64,000 nucleotides of DNA from Sphagnum compactum. Lineage: Eukaryota. The notes beneath the pieces are model-generated. The model had not been told where the DNA came from. It searched no databases and saw only the letters and a list, made by a program, of their open reading frames with translations. Position 1 is the first letter of the stretch, and every line of letters begins with the position of its first letter. The stretch is from contig OZ234493.1 in the NCBI GenBank assembly GCA_965153455.1, positions 30,060,213 through 30,124,212 of the forward strand, read 5' to 3'. Shown here one piece after another: positions 51,119 to 64,000 of this stretch. The position numbers were made by a program, and so were the translations under genes.

Positions 51119-53433
51119 GTATGAACCTCTCTTGAGTTGAGTTTGGGTTTCACCTGGGTAACCTGTGTTGTGAAGGATGAAAATTACATGATGGGCTTTC
51201 TATGTATGTATGTATAATAATAGTTAGCTACTAGGTAAGTAGATGTAGGTACCTAGATTGCTAGTACAAAAGTAGGGCTAGTTGGGTTATTAGTAGGTAG
51301 GTAATGAAAACAGAAATCCAGGTAACCACTGAGGTTAGCCAGGGAATTCAAACCAGTGTTTTTATAAAAATTTCGCCAAATTTCAACCTGAAAAACACTA
51401 TTGCAACTGAGTTTCATGGGAAAAATGGCCCAAGTTTGCAAGATTTCAAAGAAAAACTAAAAATCCAAATCACCAGATTTTTGTGATAAGAAGTTCCAGT
51501 AGGTAGCCAAGAATATAGAATGATTCTGTTTTTCTTTTTTCTTTTTTCTTTTTTTTTAAAAAGCTTTCATATCTAGTATGTAGCCACATTTGAATAACTT
51601 TTTCTGGATGATTGCCAATTTTAACTCCATCACAAAATCCTTTAGAAAACCCCTTAGGGTTACTACTTACCTACTTACTAACAACCCACAAGCAGGTCGT
51701 TAGGAGGTAGGTAGTAAAGAAAAGCAACCCAGCTAACCACCATGGTTAGCTAGGGAACTGAAACCCAACAGAAAACTGTTTCCTGACCACTTACCATCCA
51801 TCCTTCATGGTGTGCTGGTGGGTGCTTTTTGGCTATTTGGTAAGTGAACTTTTGTGACTATCTGTAAAGCTAAGAGTGGAAAAACAAACACCTATTTACC
51901 CTAAACCCTAGTTACACATTAATTCATTATTTATGAATTTTCCAGAAATTCTGAAAAATAACTACCTGCCAAACTCTAGAGCATACTAGCTTCATTTTTT
52001 AGTATAGTGTCTAATTGTAAAATATTATTATTGTTAATGCCAAAGTTAAACGTCTAAAATATTATTATTATTATTATTATTATGCACCTTGTTGCCGAAC
52101 CAGCCCAGGTACTATGGTAGTAATTTTGAAAGTTTAGAAAGCCCAATTTGCAACTCAATTTTTACATATTTATGCCTGCCATGTGTGGGGGGGTATCAAA
52201 GGCCAGGAGGGTCCCTCTCTGGGTTGTAACTTGTAACGAATTTCCTAAACAATTGGGCCTCTCAACTTCCACCGCTTGTGAAACATTCACCCCTTAACTC
52301 TGGTAAAGTAATTAACGTTAGGCCATGTCCTTCTTCCTCTAGAGAAGAGTGTACTAAATATGATCTGACTGCTTTGCTCCTTGTTTCTGATTGGCCAAAC
52401 ATATTGATTGGTCCAGGTGGTTTACTATTAGTAGTTCCCACATAATTGCAGTCCCAATTTCAGTTTTATCGGTGGGGTTGCAAAAAAGTAAATAACTAAA
52501 GTTGGATGTGAGAAATTTTTTGGGTAAGCACTGGTGGCGATGCTCTTAGTCCCACAATTTGTGCCCCTGCCATTAGCCCAGACCAAAAAGGGTGACAAAC
52601 AGTTTTGGAAATAAAAGTTTCATACAGCCAATGAGAACGCTCAGCATGCACCCATGAGGGGTCCAGTTTTTTTCTTTAAGGGGGGGGGGGAGGGATTTTT
52701 CCGCTTTTTTCCTTGTTCCTGTCATGTTCTCATGGTGATCCCCAAGTTCGCAAGACGTTCCCAATAGTACCTCAGACTTATCTCAAAGTTCAACTCTCAT
52801 GAATGTAAGCTGAAAAGTTGGGCCATAGTGGAGGACATTTGTTTCTAATTTGCAATTTGGGGCCATTTGAGGTGCTTCTATTGTGGAGTGCCCAATGTTC
52901 CAAAACAATTGGTGATGGGCCAATCAATATGGCTCATTGCTCACAAAATAAAATCATTCCTTTACCTATTTAGTCCATCAAATGTTTGACTATTATATTG
53001 TTAGCTACCATCCACCCTTTATGGCACATACTAATTTCATTTGTGTTAAGCATTGGGAGACATTTCCTAAGAATATTTGGAAGACACCTTATATTCAACA
53101 TTTTGTTTTCTGAAAAATTTTGTTGCCTTTTTTTCTACCAAAATTTTGATATTTGTTGGGAAATTTTTGGTATCGGATTTTTTTAAATTCCTAGTGTAAA
53201 TTTGAGTTATTTTTCTCATTTAGGGGAAATGTTTTCTAATAATAAATGAAAAAAAAAACCTTTCTTTACGTCGATGAATATGCCTCCTAAATCACAAGGA
53301 ACGAACTTACACCTATTATTTAGGAGGGGCCAGAATCCTACAGCTACTTCTAGGTGTTAGGCCATTCCCATGTGATGTGTGTGTGTGTGTTTACCATTAT
53401 AATAAGGTTTTTCTTGTGCTTTACAATGGGTAA

Positions 53434-53789
53434 GAGCATCCCCACCAGTGCTCAGTATGTGACCCTGCACATTAAAATCAGAGGAAGAAATGTCAACATA
53501 TGCCGGTTTAGGAAAATGGTTTTGGCTAAGTATAATTGCAGAGTTTGCGGTAGTTGGTAAAAGGCAGTTCAAGGATGTGCGCTGCAGAAAAGAGTGTAAT
53601 AGCTACTACTCAGTGTTCCTGATTGGCCCCATCATAATGATTGGCCCAGGTGGTTTGCTATTAGTAGTCCCTCACCTATTTGCTATCCCAGTTTCAGTTT
53701 TATGAGTGGAGTTGCAAAAATATAAATAATTAAACTTGGATGTGAAAAATATTTTTTGAGGGTACTAAGCACCACCGTAGGAGTTGCTC
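53434..53789. mobile_element. Tourist-like MITE, homolog of 33608-33990
   Basis: TAA|GAGCATCCCCACC start and GGAGTTGCTC end. Internal blocks collinear with the 33.6-kb copy. Confidence 0.72.
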
Positions 53790-56700
53790 ACTTCGTAATT
53801 TATCGTTAAGTATAATATTAAGCTACTCAATTGAAAGAGTGAAGGAAAGAACAAATGCCTGCAGTCGATGAGAACATGATGCTTCGGTTTCCTTTTGGTA
53901 AATGGACAAAGTATAGGGGAAACAAAAAATTGTTATTGTGAGGTTCCTTCAAGGGCAACCTTTGAAAAGACCAAAAAGACCAGGGAAGAATGGCTATCTC
54001 TTGGAGGACACAGAGGGGTCAAGGGATCATCATGTGACTTGGTGACCTGCAAGACAAGCACATGCTCTCTTTCCAGGTTATTGGATTCTAATTTTAAAAC
54101 TTGCAATGGAAAAATAGCATTTGGTGGATTCTTTCTTCAGCTAGGCTAGAAGTGTTCATGGCTTTCCCACCACCAAATGGGGACCCCTAAAAGACTTAGT
54201 CCAATCATTTGGGAAATGCATGCCTACTATTTTCTACCATTAGGATTCTATGCCTTAGTGTTACCAGTATGCCCCCCAAGTGGGGCCAGGGTGAACTAGA
54301 GCACCCACATTGTTACCTTGGTCACCTTCCAAAGTGAGGCCTCTTAGTGAAGGTCTCACTAAACCAAAACCCTAAAAAATGTTTAGATTTGAACTCAAAG
54401 ACCCTGATTTAGTCTAAGCATGGGATATTTTGTATTTGTAATTATGTGGAAATCATTAAAATGGATTTTGAGATTTTTACCATAGTAAACAATTTTATGA
54501 TGTTACCAAAGTGACCATCACCCATACAAAGATTTAGTCAAATATAATATGTGCTATGGATATGTAATAGGTACCAAAGTGACCATCATACATAGGAAGA
54601 TTTAGCCAAAATATAATATGTGCCACAATAAACAACATATATTTTACATTGCTATGAATGAAACCACAAAGTTTACCTGCAAATGTGCCATGAGCCGAGG
54701 CTCTGGCCAACTGATTGCCATAGGAGAAAAACAAGTGTTGGGAACTTAGTTCTCACTTTATAGAACCTGGAACCAAGGGTAAAGGTAGGGTATGTATATC
54801 CTTGATCAATGGTTCCCAAAAGCAATGAACCAGTTCTGACCCTTGACCGAAGGTTCCAAAAAATTGTAGAAGGCTGGTATATTTTCTTCGGCTCTTGTCA
54901 CGATGGCCAAAGTTTTCAAACATATTTGACCCCCTACATCCCTGTCCAGTTGCCTTTGTTTTTAGTTGTCTTTCAGTTGTGTGGGGTTGTTGACCATGAA
55001 AACCACTTTGCTTATTTATGTGGTGTTTTTCCACGCATTTCATCCATCTCCTTGCACGACTTGCTTCATGATACTGGCGATGGGTTTAGGTCTTGGGTTA
55101 CTTGATTTCTCCTCTTAGGGTTCCCCCATTGTTTGTTTTTGCATTTTCGGGTGATGTTTTTTTGTTTGATCTTCAATCCTTTTGCTCTTGTTCCCTTGCC
55201 AGGTGTTTTTCATTTTTTCCAAATAAATAAATAATTAATTAACTTTGCTTAGCTTGCTGGATAGATCTTTCCAACAACAGCAAAGGCACATTCCAATTCC
55301 TCCGAAATTTTCAGCTAAGATTTAATTTTAATTTTAGTGAAGAAATCATTCAATATTCAAGAACTCCTACACCGCAAGTCCAAACGCCATGAAACCGAGC
55401 CAATGCACCCTTCCTCCTCGAGAGCTTTCCAAAGAGACCAAAAACACGATCTGAAGCATCCTGGTTCGGTGGATCTCATTGGTACAAACAGAACAAAACA
55501 AACTTCCTTCCTTCCTTCATAAATAGATGTCCCAGAACTGGTTGTTGTAGTACCTTGGCCACTTTGACACATGTTTGTCAAATCCTCAATTACTTTTGAG
55601 GATCCCATTTCGAAAAATGGTTTATTCTTAAATATTTCATCAGATTCTTTCCTTTCTTTCAGAAAAATATTTCTGAAAAAAATTATTTTGAAAATTTGAA
55701 AATTTCTGAAAATAATATAAGTAATGTTGAACTCACCCAGGTGCTACTTGTATCTCTCATCATGTGTGCTGGAGTATTCACCGCATGTATCCAAAATTTG
55801 TATTCCAAAATTTTTACTACCCTATTTTAGGTGGACACTCATGGCACTTCGCATTCTACGTTATATTGTAATACATGGGCGATTTTAGCATAAATTAAAT
55901 TAAATTTCATTTTATTATTTTTTTTGAAATTAGTCCTATTGTCTAAAATTTCAAAAATTTAGATTGCATGAATTTGGAATCAAACCTTGGCTTAGTACAA
56001 ACAAGCACATCAGTTGTGAATACACTAACGAATCTTAAATTTAAAAATAAATAAATTATTTGGCACTTGTGTGTCTAACCCACCCACCCACCCACGTACT
56101 ATGATAGTAACTAGGTCTAGTAACTAGGTTGAGCGGCATACATATAAAAGGCATGTAAATTTTGGAGATGAACTGACAAGTGTTCACCCGTCTTTCCTTC
56201 TGGGTGGTGGCGGTCACAAGCATACACCTCTTTCTTAAGTAGTGGGTCAATTGCGAGTGCAGCCCTCTTTACTTATGTACGGGTGGTGGTGGTGACAATT
56301 TTAGACCTCTTTCTTTGTAGGTGCTGGCAAATTGCAATATCCGCCCTCTTTCCTTGTGGGTGGTGGCTAACCACCACCCACGAGGGCCCAAAACTTGACC
56401 TTTGTGATTACTATTAGGGTATCGGCATCTCTTTATTTATATACTCAACTTACAACTTTCCATTGTAAATTGTCTTCGGGTTGTGATCATAGTCACTCAC
56501 CACTCTACTAGTCAAGCATTTAATCAACATACAAAGCTGTGAAAGTAGTCTGTTAAACTACAACCCATTATACATTTATCATTTTTGAAAAAAAATCTTT
56601 AGAAAGTTCCCAACAACAAGACAAACCCCCCTCAATGGAAAGGAAGCTTACATATTTTCAAAATAATCGCACTTTGGGATGAAATATCACGTTCTATTAT

Positions 56701-58129
56701 TATCTTGCTTTCATCAAAGTTTGGCAAGACAACAATTTCTGAGAGACAAATGACAACAAGGTAATGGAAAGAGACCCTAAGACACTTCTCATATTACCCC
56801 CCCCCCCCCCCCCCCCCCCCAAAGTAAAGGGCCCAAAGCTCAGTTCCTTGCTACACTTGCAAAGTAAGTTATTGATTGAGGCTTTGGGGTGGGGGGATGG
56901 GGGCATTCTTGGTCTTCTTCTCTCAGTTGAATTCTTCTCACTGACCAGGCTTGTAGGCCAAGAAAGAAAAAGTCACCAAAAGAAAAGAAAGGTAAGTTGG
57001 CCTCTTGCAAAATATCCACTCGGTACCCCAAAAAAAACACACACACACACACACAATGCATAATCGTGCACATCAAGGTAAGCACGCAAGCACCCATTCC
57101 ACAATCATGGATTTTTAGATTCTAGAAGTTCCCTCTCAATGAGGCTTTTTTGAGATGAAGGCTCAAATGAAGTAGTATTTCAATCCACAATATATTTGAA
57201 TTTTTAAAATTTTGAATAAATTAATTAATTGATCCTCAGCAAAAGATTCGGGAACAAGGAAGATACTTTCACTTCAAAGAGTGGCTTAGAATGAAAGCTT
57301 AATGTGAGAATTTTAATTGGTTTACGGTTGAACTTTAGGATGTATTTTATGATATATTTGTGTGACTTGTGCTGGTGGCGCAAGTGTAAACTTGTTACCC
57401 AACTAATTAAAATTGAATTTTGAAATTTTATGGAATTATCAATGACAAAGATCACTCAATATCTCTTGCACCTTAAGTTTTAAAACTACTAAATCCCTTC
57501 CATAATATCCTACTCATTGACCACTTTCCAAGAATACACAAATTATGGACCAATTTTTGTAAAACCTTTAGTTCTGGTTTTATCAAATTCTCAAAGACAA
57601 AATACAATTGTTAAATATTCAATAACTCTTGAGCTTTAGGTCTGAACAATATGAAACCACTTCAGTGTAGCCCTACTCATTCTCATTCAAGGCTTTCCGA
57701 AAACATCCCAATCGAAGGGGGAAGGGAGGAGAGGAGGGGGGGGTGGGTGCTGTGGTGCACTGAAATTACATGAAACAAGGGGCATGGCACACTGCAGCCT
57801 TGCCATTTACATTAAAAAGTATCTGAAGGCAAAAGAAAAATTATGGAACGTTCAGGAATGTTCTAATTTTCAACATGGGAATCTTCAATTAATGAATGAA
57901 TGAATTAATTAATTAATCAAGTATTCAACAAACATGTGTTGAAGGTGCCCCTTGACATTGAGAGGCCACATTGAGAGGCCAATTAATTAATACATAGCCT
58001 ACGAAAAGTTTTAAAATTAGGCCCTCCTCAAATTCTGCAGCATCTACTAAAAAAGAAGAAGGGGGAGTTTCCACGAAGTTGGAGACCCTGTATATTTCCA
58101 AGTTTCTGGAAAGGAATATGAAGTTAACT

Positions 58130-58700
58130 ACTCAAAACCTGCCATCTCTGTTATCACTAACTAGTTTACTAACCACTTTACTAACTACTATCCCTAGTAA
58201 GTTACCTGCAGTGTGCCTTTGCTAATTCCTTATACAACTGTACTGAACTACCCGGAACCTGCCTCTGTGCCATCACTAACTACTTTGCTAACCACTGTAC
58301 TAACTACGATGACTAGTGAGTTCCCCTCGCCTGGGTAATTCATTAACGACTCTACTACTTAAAACTACTTATGAATCACTAAGTACTTTACTAACCACTT
58401 TACTAACTGCCATGTGTGCCATCACTACCCACTTCACTAATTACCGTGACTAGTGTGAGTCACCTACTCCGCCTGCTAGCCTAATTCATAAAGCACCTTC
58501 ACTAAATTACTCAAAGCCTGCCATCTGTCTGGGTTATCAATAACTACTTTACTAACTACTTTACTAACTACAGTGAGTAGTAAGCTAACTACCCCCGCCT
58601 GCTAGCTTAATTCATAAACAACTTTACTAAATACTACACAAACCCTGCCATCTGTCTGTGTTTCTTACTAACTACTTTACTAACCACGTTCCTAACTACT
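58130..58700. repeat. Higher-order tandem repeat (~120-130-bp units made of TACTTTACTAAC subunits) upstream of PFK
   Basis: CCTGCCATCT(G) anchors near 58138, 58258, 58517 and 58644, each followed by (T)ACTAAC(T/C)AC runs. Confidence 0.8.
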
Positions 58701-59003
58701 TCTCCTCGGGAAGCTCACGGAATTGACTGAAGAAGAATAAGCGCGTTAAAGAAGGAAGGAAGAGCGAGCGTTGCAACCACAACGTGGCGATCCGACACAG
58801 TGCAGTCGTCGTTTGTGGTTGCAGCAGTTGTTTTAGGAGCGCATTTTAGAGCAGAATTTCGGCGTCATGTCCCGGTGCCGAGCGATCCAAGCAACCGCCA
58901 TATATTGCTGACGCATGCAGGGAGCTTGAAATCGTCTCGATCGGTGAAGTATTAAGTCCTTTATTTTTGCAAGAATCAGAGTGGTGTGGTGAATGTTTTT
59001 GCT

Positions 59004-62000
59004 ATGGCTTGTTTGAGTTCCTGCTTACTTCCAGAGCTTGTTGCTGCTGCTGCCGGCGGTTTGAGAGAACAAGATTGCAGGAGCGCGGCGGGAGCCTTGT
59101 CGTCATCGTCTTCGTCTTCAGAGACTGGTTTGAGAGCAATCAGAGGCCAAAATAAGAAGAATTCTCAGCTTAGGCTAAGCAGTAGCACATGGATTCGTGG
59201 CGATTCCTTCAAGAATGAGCGTCTGTCATGCGTAGTCGCTGCTGCTCCTCCTCCTCCTCCTCCTGGCATGATGGCTTTGTCCAAGAAACAGCTTAGGAAT
59301 GAGGTGCAGATGTGCGCCGCCACCTCCAAAAATAGCAAGGTTTCAACTGGCTCCGGTGGTGCGGTTTTAGAAGATGTGCCTCATCTCACCGACTGGCTGC
59401 CTGATCTTCCAGTTCGGTTCTTTTCCCTTCCCCCCTACACATCCTTTCTTCTCTCCCCTCGCACCCGGCCTCTTCACGAATTTTGCATTCCTATTGTATT
59501 CTTGTTTGTGGATCGGTTCTCAGACACACTTTCCGCGAAGGGGAACGGCGCTATCGATCCTTGCTGCTTTTCCAGTTTAACGATCCGTCTGTTATGATCT
59601 CAGCCTGCGTTTCCCTAGTTGATGATCATCGCAGTTGTGTTTGCATACGTCTTGGCGTCTTCTTTCCCTGTGACTAGTAGACCGCCTTACCTATTCGCCG
59701 CATCGTTGGAGAATTTTGCAGTTGTTGTGATTCGTGTAGAGATAGACATTGTAGTCATGTACACCATAGTAGAAATTCTGTTGTTTTGTTTCCATCTCCT
59801 GTCTGTTTCACTGCTTTGATTCTGGTTCTGCTGGACGGGGGAGACAACAACAACTTGGTTGAATTTTTACACAAGATTTAAGACTGATTCTTGCTGCTAT
59901 ATCGTCCTTGGATCTTGGCAGTATTGATATGTTTGATAGCTGGATCTCCATGGTTTATTTGATACAATAAAAATCACTGTGATGATGATCTGAACCCAAA
60001 TCATAATGGGGTGTCTGGTATTCCTCATGCAGGAAGGTGGCAGGGCTTTGAAATCTGCAATCAGGAAGATAGATGAAAAGTTCTCATACCTTCTTGGCCC
60101 TCAGCCGCCTTCCCTTCTTTCACCTGGCTTGATTAGATCTGCTCTGTGAAATGTGCAGACATATGCAAATCCTTTGAAGCACAACCCTGCCTACTCTGCT
60201 GTAAGGTGAGGCTGAAAATTGAACCAGTCCTGTCTTTTGCCATTTGCACAGCACCTTGCAGAAACTTAACATGCCAAGGCAAATGCCAATGTTTACAAAA
60301 AAATTATTAAAGCAAGTGCTAAGGAGATTTTTGGATTTTGTCCAAAAGATATTATGGACAGCATAGTTTGAGATTGAATGCCTGTGTTTTTGGGTATTCT
60401 TGAGAGTTGGTTTATTGACTTTTTTTTCCTTCACTGTGTTATTTGCTTCGACTTTTCTAAAAGGCTTGTGTGGTGGGTTGGCTTCTAATGCAGGCAATAT
60501 TTTGTCGAAAGCACAGATGTTGTTGCAAAAGATGTATGTCAACCTTATTCTTTCCTAATATGTGCTTGCAGATTTTAAAGCTGCTTTTTCTGGCCAATAG
60601 TCATCATCTTCATCATCATTTCATCCTTGTTAGTTTTCAGAGCTGTGATCTGTTAATAGAGTTATGGGAATATTGAACACTGGAGGAAGCAGCAGTAGAA
60701 GGCCAGTGTTGTTTGTTGCAAGGCTATACACTTTCATGTTTGTCAGAATGTTGCTTATTGGAGTCCTGTCTACAACAGGTGGTTGTCAACTTGAACACAG
60801 CAGGAGATGGTATTCACTTTCGACGAGCAGGACCCCGAGACAAGGTTCTCTCTCTGCCCCTGTCTTAGGGTAGGTTCCTACACTATATTGTTCAGAGAAG
60901 GAAAGCAGATCCACACCACTGCTTTCTGGGCACAAATGGAGCTTCTGCAAGAAGCTACAGTGCTTGCTCATAGCTTTTAGCTAGAAATTGTTGATTTCAG
61001 AATCTAAAGGTAGAATCTGGATGTGTGGAATAGTGAGCTGAGTTGACATCCATGGGAAGTTTTGCAATAGCTGTGTCTTGGGTAAGTCATCTCTCCTTCT
61101 GACTCTCCTACTGACAAACACTTGCAGATATATTTCCGTCCAGAAGAAGTGAAGGCATGCATTGTAACCTGTGGAGGCTTGTGTCCTGGTCTAAACACTG
61201 TCATTCGTGAGATAGTTTGTGGGCTTTGGACTCAGTATGGCGTTCGTGAAATCTATGGCATTCATGTGAGCAATATCCTCCACCTGAAGTCTTTTCAAAT
61301 CTGATGTAAGAATAACTTATTTGGATCAATGCAGGCATGACATGATTTGAGAGACTAAACATCTACACAATGTGAGATGTGAGCTCTGGAATTCAATACG
61401 TGTTCTCTTGTGGGTGATTTTGATAGATTTTTTACACATATTGTCCCACACTGGTGTGAGAGCTATACTGTGGTGTTTCTTTCTGAATTTTCCTATGTCC
61501 ATGATGGGTCATAACCAAGGCAACACATGGAGAAAGCAGCAATGAGTGATGTTTGGACCCTGTGCAGGGAGGCTACAGGGGTTTCTATTCACGGAACACT
61601 ACTGATTTGACCCCCAAGGTTGTGAATGATATTCACAAGCGGGGAGGAACTGTTTTGGGCACCTCTCGTGGTGGCCATGACACTTCTAAGATTGTTGACT
61701 CCATTCAAGACCGCGGTATCAACCAGGTGAGAAGCAGAACCTTGCTGTAAATCAACATACAGCAGTCATTTTCTCATTCCCAAGTTCAGTCATTTCTATG
61801 TTGCATTGCTGGTGGATACCTACAATCCAGCACTTTGGAGAAACTAACTAAGGATGTCTGTTCTGTCAATATGAAGGTCTACATAATTGGGGGTGATGGC
61901 ACTCAGAAAGGAGCAAATGTGATTCATGAGGCACGCAACTTTTCCCCTCCGTGTTGTGGTTTACTTTCAAGCTTTTGCTTTCAATTAAGTGGTTTAATCT

Positions 62001-64000
62001 TAATCAAGGTTGTTTGGGACACTTTGCATCCCAGCTTCATGAGCAGCTTAGCAATCTGTTTGGAAGTGCTTCTATAGCAAGGAGATATCATCATGAAGCT
62101 ACCAACAACCAGATTGAAATTTCATGTAGTTGTCCTGTGGCTGTTTCTGCACTCAGAAATTCTTCCATGTCAAGCATCTGAATGGAAAAACTCAGAAATT
62201 CATCACAAAACATTGGTGGGATATTTGGTGCATTTTTTCAAACTGCAGGAATGTAAGAAGAGGGGTCTAAAGGTGGTTGTTGCGGGTATTCCAAAGACAA
62301 TTGATAATGACATTGAAGTAAGTGGCACACACTTTTGCACACTCTAAGACTCAGCACTTAATGATTTTGGCTTTTGAGTTGGCAGAGATCTGTTTTAAGA
62401 TTCTAAATCCTGAGTCTTAAACATCATGTGCTTGAATTGTGGGGTATATTCATTTAGATTTGCTGCAGAATAATAAAGGACAGCTAATTTGATTAGGTGA
62501 TGGCACGATTTCAAACTGCTGAGAATTTGGAACATATGTCACCATTTCTTCAAGAATAGTAGACTGTTTTATATTGTATTTACAAAGTCCACACTGAATC
62601 AAGTGGAGAGATAGGTCAAGCTTGTACATGTTTCTGTGGAGTTTCTGTCTGCAATCACAGTCATCCTTTGAAGTGTGGATGCCAAGCATCTGTATGTGTG
62701 CAGGCCTCCATAGACTTTTGTACTGGATAACCCGACAATTCAAGAACATTTCTTGTCTGTGAAGCTCCACTCGTCATTCCTATTTCTCAATTTGGTTTTT
62801 GGCATGGGTTGAATGTTACAGATTATAGACAAGTCATTTGGGTTTGACACAGCAGTGGAAGAAGCTCAACGTGCGATCAATGCAGCACACGTTGAAGCAG
62901 AGAGCTTCCACAATGGTGTCGGCTTGGTAAAGCTTATGGGACGTTACAGTGGTGGGTGCCTTTCCTTAGTAGGAAATGCTTTTTCCTTGGTGAAAAGTCT
63001 GTGTGGTTTAAATGCTGGCACACTTTTGTAAAATGAACTGTAAGGGATTACTCCCTATTGTATCAATGCTAAGTGGGGAAAGTGTTTGGTGCAGGGTATA
63101 TTGCTATGCATGCCACTCTTGCTAGTCGTGATGTGGTATGTTTCACTCTCTCTCGTATGAATGTGGTTTGACTGTTCTATATCTCTTCTCCTGATTGCAG
63201 TACTGTCAGTTCTAATATTGTCCTACTAGATCTTCAAGCTTCTTTAGGATGATTTCCTCCCTCAGTTGTGCAGTGGACAACATGATTGTCTGGTCCTCCT
63301 AAGTTTTTGTCTATCCTGTCATATCCTCTTTTAGCCTGGATACACATTGGTTCTCTCTCTTTTCCTGTCTTCAAAGATCAATTGTTGCAAATAATGTGCA
63401 TATTGCAAAATAGTGAACACACTTTTCTTCCACCAACCTAGCAGATCTGTTTGGGAAATGGTCTGCCTTACATTCTTACCTTACTTGGGGACTTGGATTC
63501 CACGAGTGCAGGATTTATGCTTGATACCAGAAGTGCCATTTTACTTGGATGGACCTGGTGGGCTAAAAGAGTTTGCAAAGCAAAGGTTGCGTGAAAATGG
63601 ACACATGGTAATTGTGGTCGCAGAAGGTGCTGGCCAAGAGTTGATAGCAGAGACCATGGGTTCTTTGGACAAGCTCAGTGATGCCTCTGGAAATCGCTTG
63701 CTTCTTGATGTTGGTCTTTGGCTCTCCCAAAATCTGAAAGTATGTACACTTGACTGCCCAGTAATTTCTTTGCTAGCAAGTAAACTTTCACATCCATCAG
63801 TCATGGACAAAACAAATATTCATTAAATGCAAATGTAGCCTGTTTCATGCATATATTTACATTATCATTGTTGCAATATCAGGTTTTATCAGTTTTTGAC
63901 TTACTGATTTTGTCTTTTGCTGCAGAATCATTTTGTTAAGGAGTTTAAAGAGCCCCTCAACTTAAAGTACATAGGTAATATGAGCTGCTCAAATCTTCTG
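59004..64000 (+). CDS. PFK: ATP-dependent 6-phosphofructokinase, probably plastid-targeted, 3' end beyond the window
   Basis: Exons 59004-59411, 60159-60205, 60494-60533, 60779-60844, 61128-61265, 61568-61726, 61877-61930, 62249-62317, 62822-62951, 63095-63135, 63512-63739, 63926-63974. Motifs [45 protein letters not shown] and KLMGRYSG. Ser/Ala-rich N-terminus. Confidence 0.95.

Noticed and set aside
56797-56820. Poly-C run giving a polyproline ORF (56764-57063)
   Set aside because: A simple homopolymer in intergenic DNA with no coding support.

Overview
Eukaryotic, intron-rich plant DNA, probably from a bryophyte such as a moss (inferred from an intact CDC14 gene, a fungal/Tcn1-type chromovirus and the gene set). 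There are four host genes. CDC14 phosphatase lies on the minus strand and runs off the left edge. The plus strand carries a 2-exon uncharacterised membrane protein, a HESO1-like terminal uridylyltransferase, and an ATP-dependent phosphofructokinase with a probable transit peptide that runs off the right edge. Intergenic DNA is AT-rich and full of nested TEs. These include a young full-length Ty3/gypsy chromovirus (13908-19668), two decayed hAT transposons (one with intact TIRs and an 8-bp TSD), a decayed CRE-type non-LTR element, a Helentron-like endonuclease remnant, MITEs and tandem arrays. The most informative signals are RNA-level mechanisms readable in the chromovirus: a tRNA-independent (Tf1-type) self-priming PBS and a -1 frameshift site with a pseudoknot. 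All calls come from manual reading; no searches were run.
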